A stretch of DNA of 64,000 nucleotides from a virus (IMGVR_UViG_3300026549_000029:96001-160000); one strand, 5' to 3'; shown: positions 10,933 through 21,348, numbered from the stretch's first letter. Numbers and translations are program-made. The notes: generated from the letters alone by a model not told the origin.

Positions 10933-11724
10933 ATGAGTGAAGCTAGAGCAGCTATATTATTTCAATATGAAAGATTAATTGATACTATTATAGATTTTTA
11001 CAATGGAGTAACTTTGAAATTAGTAGTAGACTTAGGATTTAAAGATAAAGATAATAATAAAAAAAGAATATATGAAGAGTTTAGATATAACTCTAGTAAA
11101 TATAAAAATGAATCTTCTCTTATAACAGCTAAAAGAAATTTCACATATTATCTTAGAATAGATTACCCTTCTAATAGTTCCCTTGGATATAAATTAGAAA
11201 ATATAATTATACCTGTATATGCAATATTAGGTTTAAGAGATAAAGTAAAAGAATTTGATAATATTTTATTTAATCCTTATTATTTAAAGCCTGATAATAC
11301 TCTACAAATTGTCTCTAATGAAATAATTACAGTTACATCTAGACCAATGAAGAATTCTACTATAGAATTTAGTCATTCTTTATATGAAGGAAAAGATAAA
11401 GATGATTTAGATTATGGTGTAAATATTGGACTAAATGAAGAATTTTATTTTACAATAAGATCCATTACAAAATGGAAAGAATTTGTATATATAATCCAAA
11501 CTTGTGATTTATATTTATGGGCCTCTCAATTAGTAGCTCCATATATTACTCAATTAGTAGGAAATTCTATATCTGATACTGGTAGTTATTCTTCTAATAA
11601 AAGATATACTATAGAAACTACTTATGAACCCGAAGATTATATGTATGATAATGATTCTTCAAAAATAATAAAGACTAAACCTCTTGATCAAGAGTCTAAA
11701 ATAAAGAGCTTCTTTGATGATTAA
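10933..11724 (+). CDS. Hypothetical protein
   Basis: ORF with RBS GGGAG. Confidence 0.7.
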   Translation: MSEARAAILFQYERLIDTIIDFYNGVTLKLVVDLGFKDKDNNKKRIYEEFRYNSSKYKNESSLITAKRNFTYYLRIDYPSNSSLGYKLENIIIPVYAILGLRDKVKEFDNILFNPYYLKPDNTLQIVSNEIITVTSRPMKNSTIEFSHSLYEGKDKDDLDYGVNIGLNEEFYFTIRSITKWKEFVYIIQTCDLYLWASQLVAPYITQLVGNSISDTGSYSSNKRYTIETTYEPEDYMYDNDSSKIIKTKPLDQESKIKSFFDD

Positions 11725-11808
11725 GGGACTTATAAATAATAGACTTTGGGTTTAGCATTTTATTTTTTAAAGATTTTTATTAAGGAGGAGTTTAGAACTT
11801 GTAAAATT

Positions 11809-12318
11809 ATGAAATCAACAGATTTAATTTGTTTAGAAACTTGTATGAAATCATATAAATCACGATTAAGAAATAATAATATTGATCTACATATGGTACT
11901 TTATTCTTGTAATCATTGTTTTGAATATAACCCTAACACAAAAGAAATTAGACCTTTTAATTCTTTATTTTGGTATAATTTAGATAAAGGTCCTAATGAA
12001 AATAAATATTCCAATATATTAGAATATTTGAAAAAGAAACATGAAGAAATAAGAAATAGTTATCCATATTATAATGAAATAAATTATCCAATTGGTATTG
12101 TATTAGAAAATACTTTAGCTGTAGATATGGATAAATTAGTAGAAGATATTATTCCTAAAGAAAATATTAAAAATTCTAAGGATATTATAGATGAATGTAA
12201 TAATATGATTACATTTTTAAAAGAAATGTATCAAAATTGGAAAGATATAATGTTATTTGTATTAAATAACTATAAGGATATTGATAAAGTTATTATAAAT
12301 AAATTTTGGGGAGAATAA
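11809..12318 (+). CDS. Hypothetical protein
   Basis: ORF with AAGGAGG upstream; start uncertain. Confidence 0.6.
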   Translation: MKSTDLICLETCMKSYKSRLRNNNIDLHMVLYSCNHCFEYNPNTKEIRPFNSLFWYNLDKGPNENKYSNILEYLKKKHEEIRNSYPYYNEINYPIGIVLENTLAVDMDKLVEDIIPKENIKNSKDIIDECNNMITFLKEMYQNWKDIMLFVLNNYKDIDKVIINKFWGE

Positions 12319-12320
12319 AG

Positions 12321-12827
12321 ATGAATATTCAATTAAAGAATATCCAAAAATCTATAGATGATTTTAAAGAAAAAAATCCTAATGAATCTGTAGGTGAACT
12401 TAATGATACTTATCATTCATTCAATGACTTATATAAACATAGAACAATTCTATCTGCATTATTATTTTTAAATCTTCCATATTCTTGGAAAGCTAAAGTA
12501 CATGAAGATGGAACAATGTTTGATGGTATGTTTATTACAGGATTTCCTACTCCTACGGGAATGATTTCTTATCATTATGATTTAGAATATTGGGATATGT
12601 TTAAAATTCCTGAATTGCCAAAAGCACCACATTTTGATGGATATACTGATCAAGATGTTTTAACAAGACTTGCAAATATTATTAGACACTCTTCTACTAA
12701 ATTATTTAATATTGATGATATTAATAAAATTGAAGAAATAGTAAAAACACAAATATTACCTACATTTGGAGATGATATTATAAGCCAAGCTGCTTATATA
12801 TCATTTTTTGATAGGAATAAGAGTTAA
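12321..12827 (+). CDS. WDGH-domain-like phage protein
   Basis: DTYHSFNDLYKHR, WKAKVHEDG, GMISYHY, APHFDGYT pattern. Confidence 0.6.
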   Translation: MNIQLKNIQKSIDDFKEKNPNESVGELNDTYHSFNDLYKHRTILSALLFLNLPYSWKAKVHEDGTMFDGMFITGFPTPTGMISYHYDLEYWDMFKIPELPKAPHFDGYTDQDVLTRLANIIRHSSTKLFNIDDINKIEEIVKTQILPTFGDDIISQAAYISFFDRNKS

Positions 12828-12839
12828 TAAGACCTCCAA

Positions 12840-12851
12840 AACATCATTATA
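12840..12851 (+). promoter_or_regulatory. Putative late (nvRNAP) promoter AAC(A/T)-N6-TA
   Basis: Exact AACA-N6-TA here and at 17744, 20545, 44520 and 63385; AACT variants at 5053 (+) and 19926..19937 (-); matches the AR9 late consensus. Confidence 0.55.
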
Positions 12852-12876
12852 ATTTAATAAAGTGGAGGTCCTTATA

Positions 12877-14169
12877 GTGGGCTTAATTAATACTACACAT
12901 AAGACTATGACCCAGTCTGTAATAGATCTTCAAAAAGATCTATTAAAAAACCCATTTTATTTATTTAATGATAAAAAAGGAACACCTGTAGATTATTATA
13001 ATATAAATACTACAAGAACAACATTAGACCCATCTTTAAAAATGACATATGCTGAACATGGTCCAGAGTCTTCTTTAAGATTTAATCTTATACATAATTT
13101 TTATTTATATGGTATTGACAGAATTGCTACTACATTAGAGAATGGTGATTATGGCTTAGCAGCTTCTGAAATTACTGGAGATGCTGTTATATTACCTGAT
13201 ACTATTCATCCTTATGTTGGAGATAATTTTGTTATAAATATGATTAATCAAAGATATCAGTTTAAAGTAACTTCTGTTACTACTGATACTTTTGAAAACG
13301 GTGGAAATTATTTTAGAATAGAATATAGACTTGATCATTTAAGTGATCATGAATTATATGAATTAGTGGTTGAAGAATTTGAATTCATCTCTGGTAATAT
13401 TGGGACTAATTATGCTTCAGTATTACATAAAACAAAATATAATCTTGGTAAGCAGTTAGATGATGCTGCTGTGAATATGAAAAAATTATTCAAGGGATTA
13501 TATTATAATAATAAAGTTCAGACATATACTTTTGTATATTTATATAAGGTATGTCAATGGAATATGAACTCTGATTATTTCTATGATCCCTATATGATGG
13601 AATTTATAATTAAGCATAAACTATTAGAAAACAGTAGTGCTAATTATGATTTTGTTGATCATAAAACAGTATTAAGACCAGAGTTTGATATTAAATATAA
13701 TAGATCTATTTGGAAAGTATTTGAAACTAGAGAAAAATATGAATTAACTTCATGTAAACATTCTTCATCTGCTGTATATATAGATGATCCAGGTACGATA
13801 TTTGGTACAAGATATGAAGATTATTTTGAATTAAATTATAATGATCCAGATCCTGTATCAGAAATGTTTGCTCCTGCTATTGATATTCTTGATCCTCAAG
13901 TTATTGGGCATATATTAGAAAATCAGTTATTCGATCAAGATACAAAATATACAAAATACAATATGATTATTAAATACTTTAATCATACTGATCTTGGTGT
14001 AGAAGATATTATTCCTATTGAGAGAATAACTGAAACTGAAAATAATACAGAAAATTATTTTCTTATTCCTATGCTTATATTTGTTCTTGAATTTTATATT
14101 AAAGATTTAATGAGCAGAATAGAAGTTAAAGAGGAACTTCATAATAATATTCCTAGGAGGATCGTATAA
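12877..14169 (+). CDS. Virion structural protein (head/neck-like, AR9-type)
   Basis: GTG start after GGAGG; late-type promoter; N-terminal beta-barrel-like region (ILPDTIHPYVGDNF). Confidence 0.5.
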   Translation: MGLINTTHKTMTQSVIDLQKDLLKNPFYLFNDKKGTPVDYYNINTTRTTLDPSLKMTYAEHGPESSLRFNLIHNFYLYGIDRIATTLENGDYGLAASEITGDAVILPDTIHPYVGDNFVINMINQRYQFKVTSVTTDTFENGGNYFRIEYRLDHLSDHELYELVVEEFEFISGNIGTNYASVLHKTKYNLGKQLDDAAVNMKKLFKGLYYNNKVQTYTFVYLYKVCQWNMNSDYFYDPYMMEFIIKHKLLENSSANYDFVDHKTVLRPEFDIKYNRSIWKVFETREKYELTSCKHSSSAVYIDDPGTIFGTRYEDYFELNYNDPDPVSEMFAPAIDILDPQVIGHILENQLFDQDTKYTKYNMIIKYFNHTDLGVEDIIPIERITETENNTENYFLIPMLIFVLEFYIKDLMSRIEVKEELHNNIPRRIV

Positions 14170-14170
14170 T

Positions 14171-14464
14171 ATGAAGAGTTTAGATACTCTTTTTGAAGAA
14201 GATATCGAAATGCAGGATGCCATAGAAGATATGGATAGTCTTGTAAGTGATGATGAAGACATTCTTATTGGTGTAATCGAAGATAGATTTAAAACAGAAT
14301 CTACTGAAGTTCATTTATTTACTAATGAAGATTATAACTCGCTTAAAGAAGAGATGCAATTAGCTGAAGATGTAGAAGAACTACTTGATGATAAGTATGA
14401 TGAAGTACATCTTAGTGATGAAGATTTAGATGATCTCTTTGATGATGATTTAGAAGATATTTAA
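14171..14464 (+). CDS. Small hyperacidic protein
   Basis: 97 aa, D/E-rich, RBS AGGAGG. Confidence 0.75.
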   Translation: MKSLDTLFEEDIEMQDAIEDMDSLVSDDEDILIGVIEDRFKTESTEVHLFTNEDYNSLKEEMQLAEDVEELLDDKYDEVHLSDEDLDDLFDDDLEDI

Positions 14465-14481
14465 AAGGAGGAATAGAGAGA

Positions 14482-14808
14482 ATGTATAAGACTATTCCTG
14501 AATATGATATTGATGTATCTACTATCTTTGAAGATGCTATTGATATTGCTTTAGCTTCAGATGATTCTATTGATGATATTGAAGTTGAAGAGAATGAATC
14601 TGAAGATGATATTGTAGATACCGATATTAGTTATGAAGATGATGATATTGATAATTCTCTTGAAGGGGTTGATGCAGATGATATTATAGCTGCTGAAAGA
14701 GATATTGCATTTAATCCTTTTGAAGATGATGAAGTCATTGATGCTGCTATTGGAGATGATAAAGATATTGACTTTGATGTAGATGTCAATGAACTTGTTG
14801 ATGATTAA
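14482..14808 (+). CDS. Small hyperacidic protein
   Basis: 108 aa with about 40% D/E and only 3 K/R; RBS AAGGAGG. Confidence 0.75.
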   Translation: MYKTIPEYDIDVSTIFEDAIDIALASDDSIDDIEVEENESEDDIVDTDISYEDDDIDNSLEGVDADDIIAAERDIAFNPFEDDEVIDAAIGDDKDIDFDVDVNELVDD

Positions 14809-14855
14809 AATATTTAAATTTAAGATTTTAAATATAAAAAAGGAGTTTAATTATC

Positions 14856-15509
14856 ATGGCTGAAAAGATTTATATTGCAGTTAAGCCGAAGTATCCTACT
14901 AGAAAGGCTGTTGATAGGGTTCTTACTAAGAATGCTGATAATTTTGTAGATATTGCTGAAGCTAATGTTGCAAGACAGGTTATTGCTATTCTTGATACTG
15001 CATTTGTTGCTATTGTTAAGGAAGATAAGTATTATCCTGTTGATGAAACTAATGTTTATGAGCAGTATGATCTTATCGCTGCTGGCGAAGAGCCTACTGT
15101 TGAAGCTGATATTAACTTTGGTGTTAAGAAGCTTGAGTATTTCTTCTCTATTCCTGAAGAGGAAGATGCTGAGAACCTTGATAAGGTTCAGGATAAGGTT
15201 CAGATTTATAATGCTATTCTTTCCGGTAAACTGGTGAAGATTGAAGATTATGCTTCTCTTGGTATTGATGCTATTGATAAGAATGGCTATTGGTTTGCTA
15301 TTAAATTTGATAAGTCTGGAGCAACTAATGAGGGCTATACTGAAGTTAAGATGTATGGTGAAGAAGAAGAACTTATTGATGGGGTGAATTATATTTACAT
15401 GGGCAAGTCTCAGGAAGATGTTGCTTCTAAGGTTCTCTCTGTCTCTGCAGAATATACTCCCACTAATGCAGAAGAAGAGAATACTACTGATGAAGGTAAT
15501 AATGGTTAA
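14856..15509 (+). CDS. Hypothetical, probably highly expressed virion protein
   Basis: RBS AAGGAG; biased codon usage (aag, gct, gtt). Confidence 0.7.
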   Translation: MAEKIYIAVKPKYPTRKAVDRVLTKNADNFVDIAEANVARQVIAILDTAFVAIVKEDKYYPVDETNVYEQYDLIAAGEEPTVEADINFGVKKLEYFFSIPEEEDAENLDKVQDKVQIYNAILSGKLVKIEDYASLGIDAIDKNGYWFAIKFDKSGATNEGYTEVKMYGEEEELIDGVNYIYMGKSQEDVASKVLSVSAEYTPTNAEEENTTDEGNNG

Positions 15510-15549
15510 TAAAAAATAATATAGATCCTAAAAAAGGAGACCTACTATT

Positions 15550-16632
15550 ATGAATGTAAGTTTTATGTTTGATAACCGTCTTGGAATTAAAGAAGATATT
15601 CTTGTTGGTCAGGAGGATAAAGCTGCTCTTGATCCAATTACTATAGATGGTATTGCTGTTGATTCTTTTGAAGATGCTTTTAAGAGAGTTCAGGATGGTA
15701 GTACTATTACTATTAATAAGAATACTGTAATGAGTAATTATATTCAGACTTATAAACATGATAATGTTACTATTCATCTGAATAATGCTAGCCTTACCTG
15801 TAATCAGCCTATTTATTGCTGGAATAAGACACTTAATATTACTGGTGAAGGTACTATCAAAGCATCTGATATGGATAATGGATATGTTTTCATTATGAGT
15901 AATATTTATGATGATTGGAATCCTATCCTTAATATTGATGGTAAGATTAGAATTATTGGTAATGCTAGTATTTTTACTAATAGCAATACTAAAAATGCTA
16001 CTGTTAATATTGGCAAAGATGTAGTTCTTGATGGATTCTGGTATGGATTTGCTAGTAATGGTACTTCTACTGGAACTAAGTTAAACTTTAATGGTACTGC
16101 AATTACTAGAGCAGATAATGCAGATGAACCTAATGGCATTTATCTTGCTGGTGATGGAGAATATTTCCTTGGTGGAAATACTAAGGTTGAATCTTTCCTT
16201 TCTGTTGAAATTCGTGCTGGTAAACTTACCATTGAAGGTGGAGAATATGTTTCTACTGGTGAAGGAGAAGCTACTCAGAAGAAGAATGGTAATGGTTCTA
16301 CTGGTCAGAACATTTGTATTTCTGTAGCAGAACATAGTACCAAGCTTCCTATTGAAGTTAAGATTCTCGATGGTAAATTCAAAGCTAATGGTGCTGCCTT
16401 CATGGAAGGTGATCCTAATGAAACTGGAGTTGCTACTGAAAATACTACTATTGGTATTTATGGTGGTACTTTCTCTGCTAAGGAAGCTGTTAAGACTCTT
16501 ACCCCTGATACTGATTGCAAGAACTTTATCTATGGTGGTAAATTTAATAATCTTGAGAATGAAGATTATATTGCTAAGGGCTATAAGGCTGAAAAGACTT
16601 ATAATGGCACTGTAGAAGTCGTTGCAGAATAA
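15550..16632 (+). CDS. Parallel beta-helix (pectin-lyase-like) virion/decoration protein
   Basis: Gly/Asn/Thr-rich beta-helix repeats (GKLTIEGGEY, IYGGTF, IYGGKF). Confidence 0.55.
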   Translation: MNVSFMFDNRLGIKEDILVGQEDKAALDPITIDGIAVDSFEDAFKRVQDGSTITINKNTVMSNYIQTYKHDNVTIHLNNASLTCNQPIYCWNKTLNITGEGTIKASDMDNGYVFIMSNIYDDWNPILNIDGKIRIIGNASIFTNSNTKNATVNIGKDVVLDGFWYGFASNGTSTGTKLNFNGTAITRADNADEPNGIYLAGDGEYFLGGNTKVESFLSVEIRAGKLTIEGGEYVSTGEGEATQKKNGNGSTGQNICISVAEHSTKLPIEVKILDGKFKANGAAFMEGDPNETGVATENTTIGIYGGTFSAKEAVKTLTPDTDCKNFIYGGKFNNLENEDYIAKGYKAEKTYNGTVEVVAE

Positions 16633-16666
16633 TCTGTAATTAATAATATATTGAGCTGACTTCATT

Positions 16667-16704
16667 TTCTCCCATAGAGGGGCTCGACCTCTATGGGAGA
16701 ATTT
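16667..16704 (+). terminator. Rho-independent terminator
   Basis: tctcccatagagg / cctctatgggaga stem. Confidence 0.8.
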
Positions 16705-16756
16705 ATCTTAATAACCTTAAGATAAGAATATTATATAAAAAAGAAAGGTATTCAAA

Positions 16757-17404
16757 ATGAGTATTTTTATGAATAGAAAAAATGTTAGAACTAATAAAAG
16801 TAATCTTATGAGATTAATTTCTAGTGGTTCTATTGATAAGAGATCTGTAATAAGAGAAGGTGCTTATATTTTATTTCATGCTGTACCTTATGCTTTTGCT
16901 AAAAGAATTCTTTCTAAATGTGATATTGAAGTAGAGAATAATAATAAGTGGAATTTTATTAGAAATATGGATTATGCTAAATTAGACGAACTCTATAAAG
17001 ATGAGAAAAAAGAAAGCGATCTTATTATTAATAGAGAAGGTAGTATTAGCATAGTATTAAATGATGAAGTTAAAATAGAACCTGAAGTAATTGAAGTTGA
17101 AAAAGTTAAAGAAGAAGCTATTGAAGAAGTAGAACCTGAACATATTGTTGAAGAAGAACCTATTTTTGAACCTGAAGAAGAAGTAATTGAAGAAACTGTT
17201 ATTACAGAATCAAATGCTATTGATATTCCTGAAGAGCCAATTTTAAAAACTTCAGATGAAGAAGAAATTAAATTAGAAGAAATTGAAGAAGAAGAAACTA
17301 TTTCTACAGAAGAAGAGCATAATTCTTCTTATCCAAAAGATATTAATAATTTTACTCTTAATAAACCTCATTTTAAGAAAAAGAAAAAGAAATCTCAGCA
17401 GTAA
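16757..17404 (+). CDS. Hypothetical protein with Glu-rich tract and poly-Lys C-terminus
   Basis: 215 aa ORF, RBS GAAAGG. Confidence 0.7.
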   Translation: MSIFMNRKNVRTNKSNLMRLISSGSIDKRSVIREGAYILFHAVPYAFAKRILSKCDIEVENNNKWNFIRNMDYAKLDELYKDEKKESDLIINREGSISIVLNDEVKIEPEVIEVEKVKEEAIEEVEPEHIVEEEPIFEPEEEVIEETVITESNAIDIPEEPILKTSDEEEIKLEEIEEEETISTEEEHNSSYPKDINNFTLNKPHFKKKKKKSQQ

Positions 17405-17485
17405 AAATAAATGGTATATAATATTGGGGATAGTAATATTACTATCCCCAATATATTTGTCAATGTGCAATAAATCTTTTAAATC

Positions 17486-17707
17486 TTAATAATCGTCTTC
17501 ATCATCAAGATCATCATCTTCAAGAGTGAATCTTGATTCTATACCACCTCCTCTATCATTAGGCTCTAGACTTTCTCGAAAAAGATCTCTATCATATGTC
17601 TGACCATATGTAGTAGTATCCTCTCCATGATAACAAGAGAAAAATCTAAAGCTGCACATAACAAAAATACCCCTTCTATAATATGGTGGAGCAACACTGT
17701 CTCCCAT
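17486..17707 (-). CDS. Small hypothetical protein with acidic tail
   Basis: Fills the gap between plus-strand genes; start may be the internal MCSF. Confidence 0.5.
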   Translation of the reverse strand: MGDSVAPPYYRRGIFVMCSFRFFSCYHGEDTTTYGQTYDRDLFRESLEPNDRGGGIESRFTLEDDDLDDEDDY

Positions 17708-17779
17708 TATTATAATATCTCTTTATAAAAACCGTAATTCCAAAACATCTTTATAATCTTATATAAAAGGAATTTATAT

Positions 17780-18775
17780 ATGACTAATACAGAATCTATT
17801 TATTTACAAATGATTAAACCTACTATCATGAGTAGTTGTAATAAATATAGAATTTGTCCCTCAGTAATAGCAATGATTTCTATATTAAAATCTTCATTTA
17901 CTACTACTAGAGAAGCAGCATTTGCAAGAAATTTATTTAATTTGGTTATAGACAATTCATGGTTTGGAAAATGCTATTCTAAGACTTCTGGAAAAATATA
18001 TAATTCTAGAAGTGAATGTAAAGAAGTAGGGGCTATATTGTATAGAGCTTATAATAACTATAATCAATCTATAGAAGATTATGTAGAATATATAGCTACT
18101 AAAAAGAGATTTAAAGATGGTCCTATTAAATATCAAGCTATAATTAATGATTTTAATTATAAATCTTGCATTGATAAATTAGTTAGAGCAGGATTTATAC
18201 AAGATCAATTTAAATTAAATGATAATCCTATATTTATACAAGATAAATTGATTAATACTATAGAAAAATATGAATTATATACTTGGGATAATGAAATAGA
18301 ACCAGAAAAAATAATCGAAATTCAAAAAGAAAAAGAAGAGAATATTATTATGAATCCTATAAATATTTATAGAGTAAGATTAGATTGGGAAAAACCAGAT
18401 ACTCAGATTTGTGCTTCCATTAATTATGAAGATGCTTTAAAAGAAGCTATGCATCATCAAGGATATAAAGTATATATTAATGATGATGGTGAACTCTTCT
18501 TTGATCCATGGGATAATTCTGAGATTGTAGAACCTAGTGTTGATCCTATAGCAGTACCAGATATTATTCCTAAAGCTGGATTAGAAATTTATTTAGAAAA
18601 AAGAGCAGTATATAAAGATGCTAAAGCTGCTAAACCTGATAAGTATGTAACTGGTACTTTTTATTTTTATGATAATACTGCTTTTAATAAAAGAGCTAAG
18701 ATTACTAAAGTAAAAGGTATTAAATATATGAAACCAGATCCTGCTATGATATATGGATATATTAATATTGGATAA
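17780..18775 (+). CDS. GH73 glucosaminidase-like protein with cell-wall-binding modules, apparently catalytically degenerate
   Basis: ICPSV...ILKSS...ARNLF...YRAYNNYNQSIEDY aligns with GH73; YRVR.W...TQI and SH3-like C-terminal modules resemble clostridial phage endolysins. Confidence 0.65.
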   Translation: MTNTESIYLQMIKPTIMSSCNKYRICPSVIAMISILKSSFTTTREAAFARNLFNLVIDNSWFGKCYSKTSGKIYNSRSECKEVGAILYRAYNNYNQSIEDYVEYIATKKRFKDGPIKYQAIINDFNYKSCIDKLVRAGFIQDQFKLNDNPIFIQDKLINTIEKYELYTWDNEIEPEKIIEIQKEKEENIIMNPINIYRVRLDWEKPDTQICASINYEDALKEAMHHQGYKVYINDDGELFFDPWDNSEIVEPSVDPIAVPDIIPKAGLEIYLEKRAVYKDAKAAKPDKYVTGTFYFYDNTAFNKRAKITKVKGIKYMKPDPAMIYGYINIG

Positions 18776-18787
18776 GGAGGTATTATT

Positions 18788-19414
18788 GTGGGCAAGATTT
18801 ATATGTTTGATAATAATACTGGAAGAGAATTACCTGATAAAGTAGATACCAGAAAAGTAGAAGTATTATTAGGATCTATTATTTCTGATATTCATAAACT
18901 TATTGAAAATAAATCTACTATGTTTTGTGTATTTACACGTATGAATGATTGTGATTTTGCTGTTCCTACAATAGCAGAAGCTCAGAAATTAAAAGAGATT
19001 TTAGGATTTGGCAATTATAATTATAAAGTTATTAATGCCCCTAATTCTGTATGGTATACAAATAAAGTAGATAAAAATATTATTATTTCTGATAAAGTAG
19101 ATCTTGATAAAGATAAACTTTCTTATCTATTGGCAATATATCTTAATATTATTGATAAAAATGGAAAGACTATTCCTAAACCTTCTGAAATGTATATTGT
19201 AAAAAATACAAGAAATTCTAATATCATCGAGAAGACTCCAGATTATAATGCTGCTGTACTTGCTTGTGATAGAAGCCCTTGTACAATAATTATTAAGAGA
19301 TCTACTAATGAAGTAATTTATAAATCTAAATATGGAAAAGTTGCAGTTCCATATACTCAGAAGAATGCTGGAACTAGATTTAAAAATAGAATTGGTATTA
19401 ATATTGGAGTATAA
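18788..19414 (+). CDS. Hypothetical protein with degenerate endolysin-type binding module
   Basis: GTG start after AAGGAGG; MYIVK...YNAAVLACD...EVIY resembles the YRVR module of the preceding gene. Confidence 0.6.
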   Translation: MGKIYMFDNNTGRELPDKVDTRKVEVLLGSIISDIHKLIENKSTMFCVFTRMNDCDFAVPTIAEAQKLKEILGFGNYNYKVINAPNSVWYTNKVDKNIIISDKVDLDKDKLSYLLAIYLNIIDKNGKTIPKPSEMYIVKNTRNSNIIEKTPDYNAAVLACDRSPCTIIIKRSTNEVIYKSKYGKVAVPYTQKNAGTRFKNRIGINIGV

Positions 19415-19418
19415 TATA

Positions 19419-19452
19419 AATTCCAAGAAGGATTTTATTCCTTCTTGGAATT
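19419..19452. terminator. Bidirectional terminator between convergent genes
   Basis: aattccaagaagga / tccttcttggaatt. Confidence 0.8.
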
Positions 19453-19456
19453 ATTT

Positions 19457-19900
19457 TTAATTTATTATAGTAGCAGAATTAATAACAAAGTATATAGTAT
19501 TGTATTCTCTATCTTCAATTTTAGGATAAATATACATACTCTCATCTAATACAAGAGTATATCTTTCTAAAGGTTCTCTATATTGAGCATATGTATATCT
19601 AGATTCTCTTAATTTAACAGTAGTACCAGATACTGTACCTTCCTCTAATGCTAGATTTCTTTCTGTTACAGGAGAAGGATGATTAGTATTATCATATCTA
19701 ACAAAATTGGTATTCTGCATTCTAGCTCTTAATATTCTTTGATAAATATCTTGAGCCATAGATACTTTTTCACCAGTATTTCTATTTACATAATATAATT
19801 CATAATTTGTATAGTCAAGAAGTAATTCTCCAAGTCTGGGATTACTTATATCATGATCTCTTAATGTTAAAGGATATGATCCTAATTCAGGTAGATGCAT
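19457..19900 (-). CDS. Hypothetical protein
   Basis: 147 aa, RBS AGGAG, late-type promoter. Confidence 0.7.
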   Translation of the reverse strand: MHLPELGSYPLTLRDHDISNPRLGELLLDYTNYELYYVNRNTGEKVSMAQDIYQRILRARMQNTNFVRYDNTNHPSPVTERNLALEEGTVSGTTVKLRESRYTYAQYREPLERYTLVLDESMYIYPKIEDREYNTIYFVINSATIIN

Positions 19901-19979
19901 TTTAAATCTCCTAAACTAATAATATTATATTGAAGTTAAAAATCCTAATAGGCTATAAAACCTATTAGGATTTAAAATT

Positions 19980-20444
19980 TTAACGATTCTTATCTTTTGT
20001 AATAGCATCAGAGATAGAGGAATTAACATTATTAGAAATATTAACACCTCTCATAGCCTTGACATAAGCTTTCTGTCCTTTAATAGCTGCCTTACTAGCT
20101 TTTGCACCATACTTATCAACAATCTTCTGTCTAGTCTGTTTACGAAGAAGCTGATACTTGACAAGCTTGGCATAAATAGGATCTTTCTTAGCTTTTGCCA
20201 TCATAATAGCTGCAATAACCATACGTCTCTTAGCATCAGCAGCCTTATCAAGACGAATTGCAGTTCTTTTATTAGAAAGAACCTTTGCTTCAAGAAGAGC
20301 ATCAGCAATACCACCAGGAGCACAGAACTCATGGATAGCATCTTCTCCATAATTATGAGTAAGATCATCAATCAGAAAAGCTTCAATAAGAGCATTCTCA
20401 TCAAGACCAAAGTACTCATCTTCATTATTAGAATAAAGTCCCAT
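19980..20444 (-). CDS. Probable head protein (acidic propeptide followed by basic domain)
   Basis: Acidic N-terminus ending ALLE|A then a Lys/Arg-rich helical region, like protease-processed phiKZ-like head proteins. Confidence 0.5.
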   Translation of the reverse strand: MGLYSNNEDEYFGLDENALIEAFLIDDLTHNYGEDAIHEFCAPGGIADALLEAKVLSNKRTAIRLDKAADAKRRMVIAAIMMAKAKKDPIYAKLVKYQLLRKQTRQKIVDKYGAKASKAAIKGQKAYVKAMRGVNISNNVNSSISDAITKDKNR

Positions 20445-20665
20445 AATTATTTTTTCCTTTCTACATGTAGAATGTTAAATCTAATTAGGATTAAATATTA
20501 TAATATTGATAATGAAATAACTGAGCTCGTTTATTATTTCACTTAACATAATACTAATTCTAATTATTATAGAAAAGTTGTAAATTAAAAATAATTATTG
20601 TATCTACTACTTATTACAAAACTTTTTAAATTTATATGGGCAAAACCCAAGAAAGGAAATTTGAT

Positions 20666-21328
20666 ATGAGTTACAATGGTAACAACAGAAGAAACTTTAA
20701 TAACAATAGAAACAATAATAACAGAAATTTTAATAATCGTAATAATAATAGAAATAATAATCAACAGAATGCTAAAAAGCAGGAAATTATTGCAAAACAG
20801 AAAAAGAATCTTGATATGATTGAAGCTGTTGCAGAGTATCTTAACAATATTGTTGCTGCTTCTGAAGTTGCAGCAGATAATACTGCTCCTGCACAGAAGA
20901 TTACTATGAAAGAGATTCTTGATTACCTTGTTAATAATAAGGGTTTTGCTCAGGATGATACTAAAGCTGTTTCTCAGTTTAATTATATTATGATGGATCT
21001 TGCTAATGCCCAGAAGAGCGGATTCATTAATGGAAATAGAATTAATATCCGTATTCTTTATATTCAGGAAAGATTGAAGACTTCCTTTAAGAAGGAACTT
21101 CATCCTACTATTGATAAGATTATGGAAGATTATTCTAATCTTTTTCTTTGGAATGAAGATAATAAGTCTGAAGATTCTCCTATCGAAGTAGTTCCTACTG
21201 ATGAAGGTGCTCCTCTTGCTCCTACTGCAGGAGAAACTATTTCTACTGAAGAAGTTGTAGAAGAGAAAGTTAGTGAGGAACCTACTACTGAAGTAGTAGA
21301 AGAGGTTAAGGAAACTGTAGAAGCATAA
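20666..21328 (+). CDS. Hypothetical protein with Asn/Arg low-complexity N-terminus and acidic tail
   Basis: SYNGNNRRNFNNNRNNNNRNFNNRNNNRNNNQQN; RBS GAAAGGA. Confidence 0.75.
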   Translation: MSYNGNNRRNFNNNRNNNNRNFNNRNNNRNNNQQNAKKQEIIAKQKKNLDMIEAVAEYLNNIVAASEVAADNTAPAQKITMKEILDYLVNNKGFAQDDTKAVSQFNYIMMDLANAQKSGFINGNRINIRILYIQERLKTSFKKELHPTIDKIMEDYSNLFLWNEDNKSEDSPIEVVPTDEGAPLAPTAGETISTEEVVEEKVSEEPTTEVVEEVKETVEA

Positions 21329-21348
21329 GAAAAGAGAGGTAAATATAT

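Noticed and set aside
15484-15560. Programmed frameshift joining the 217-aa and 360-aa ORFs
   Set aside because: The downstream ORF has its own AAGGAG RBS and the first ORF ends in tandem TAA TAA; no clear slippery site before the stop
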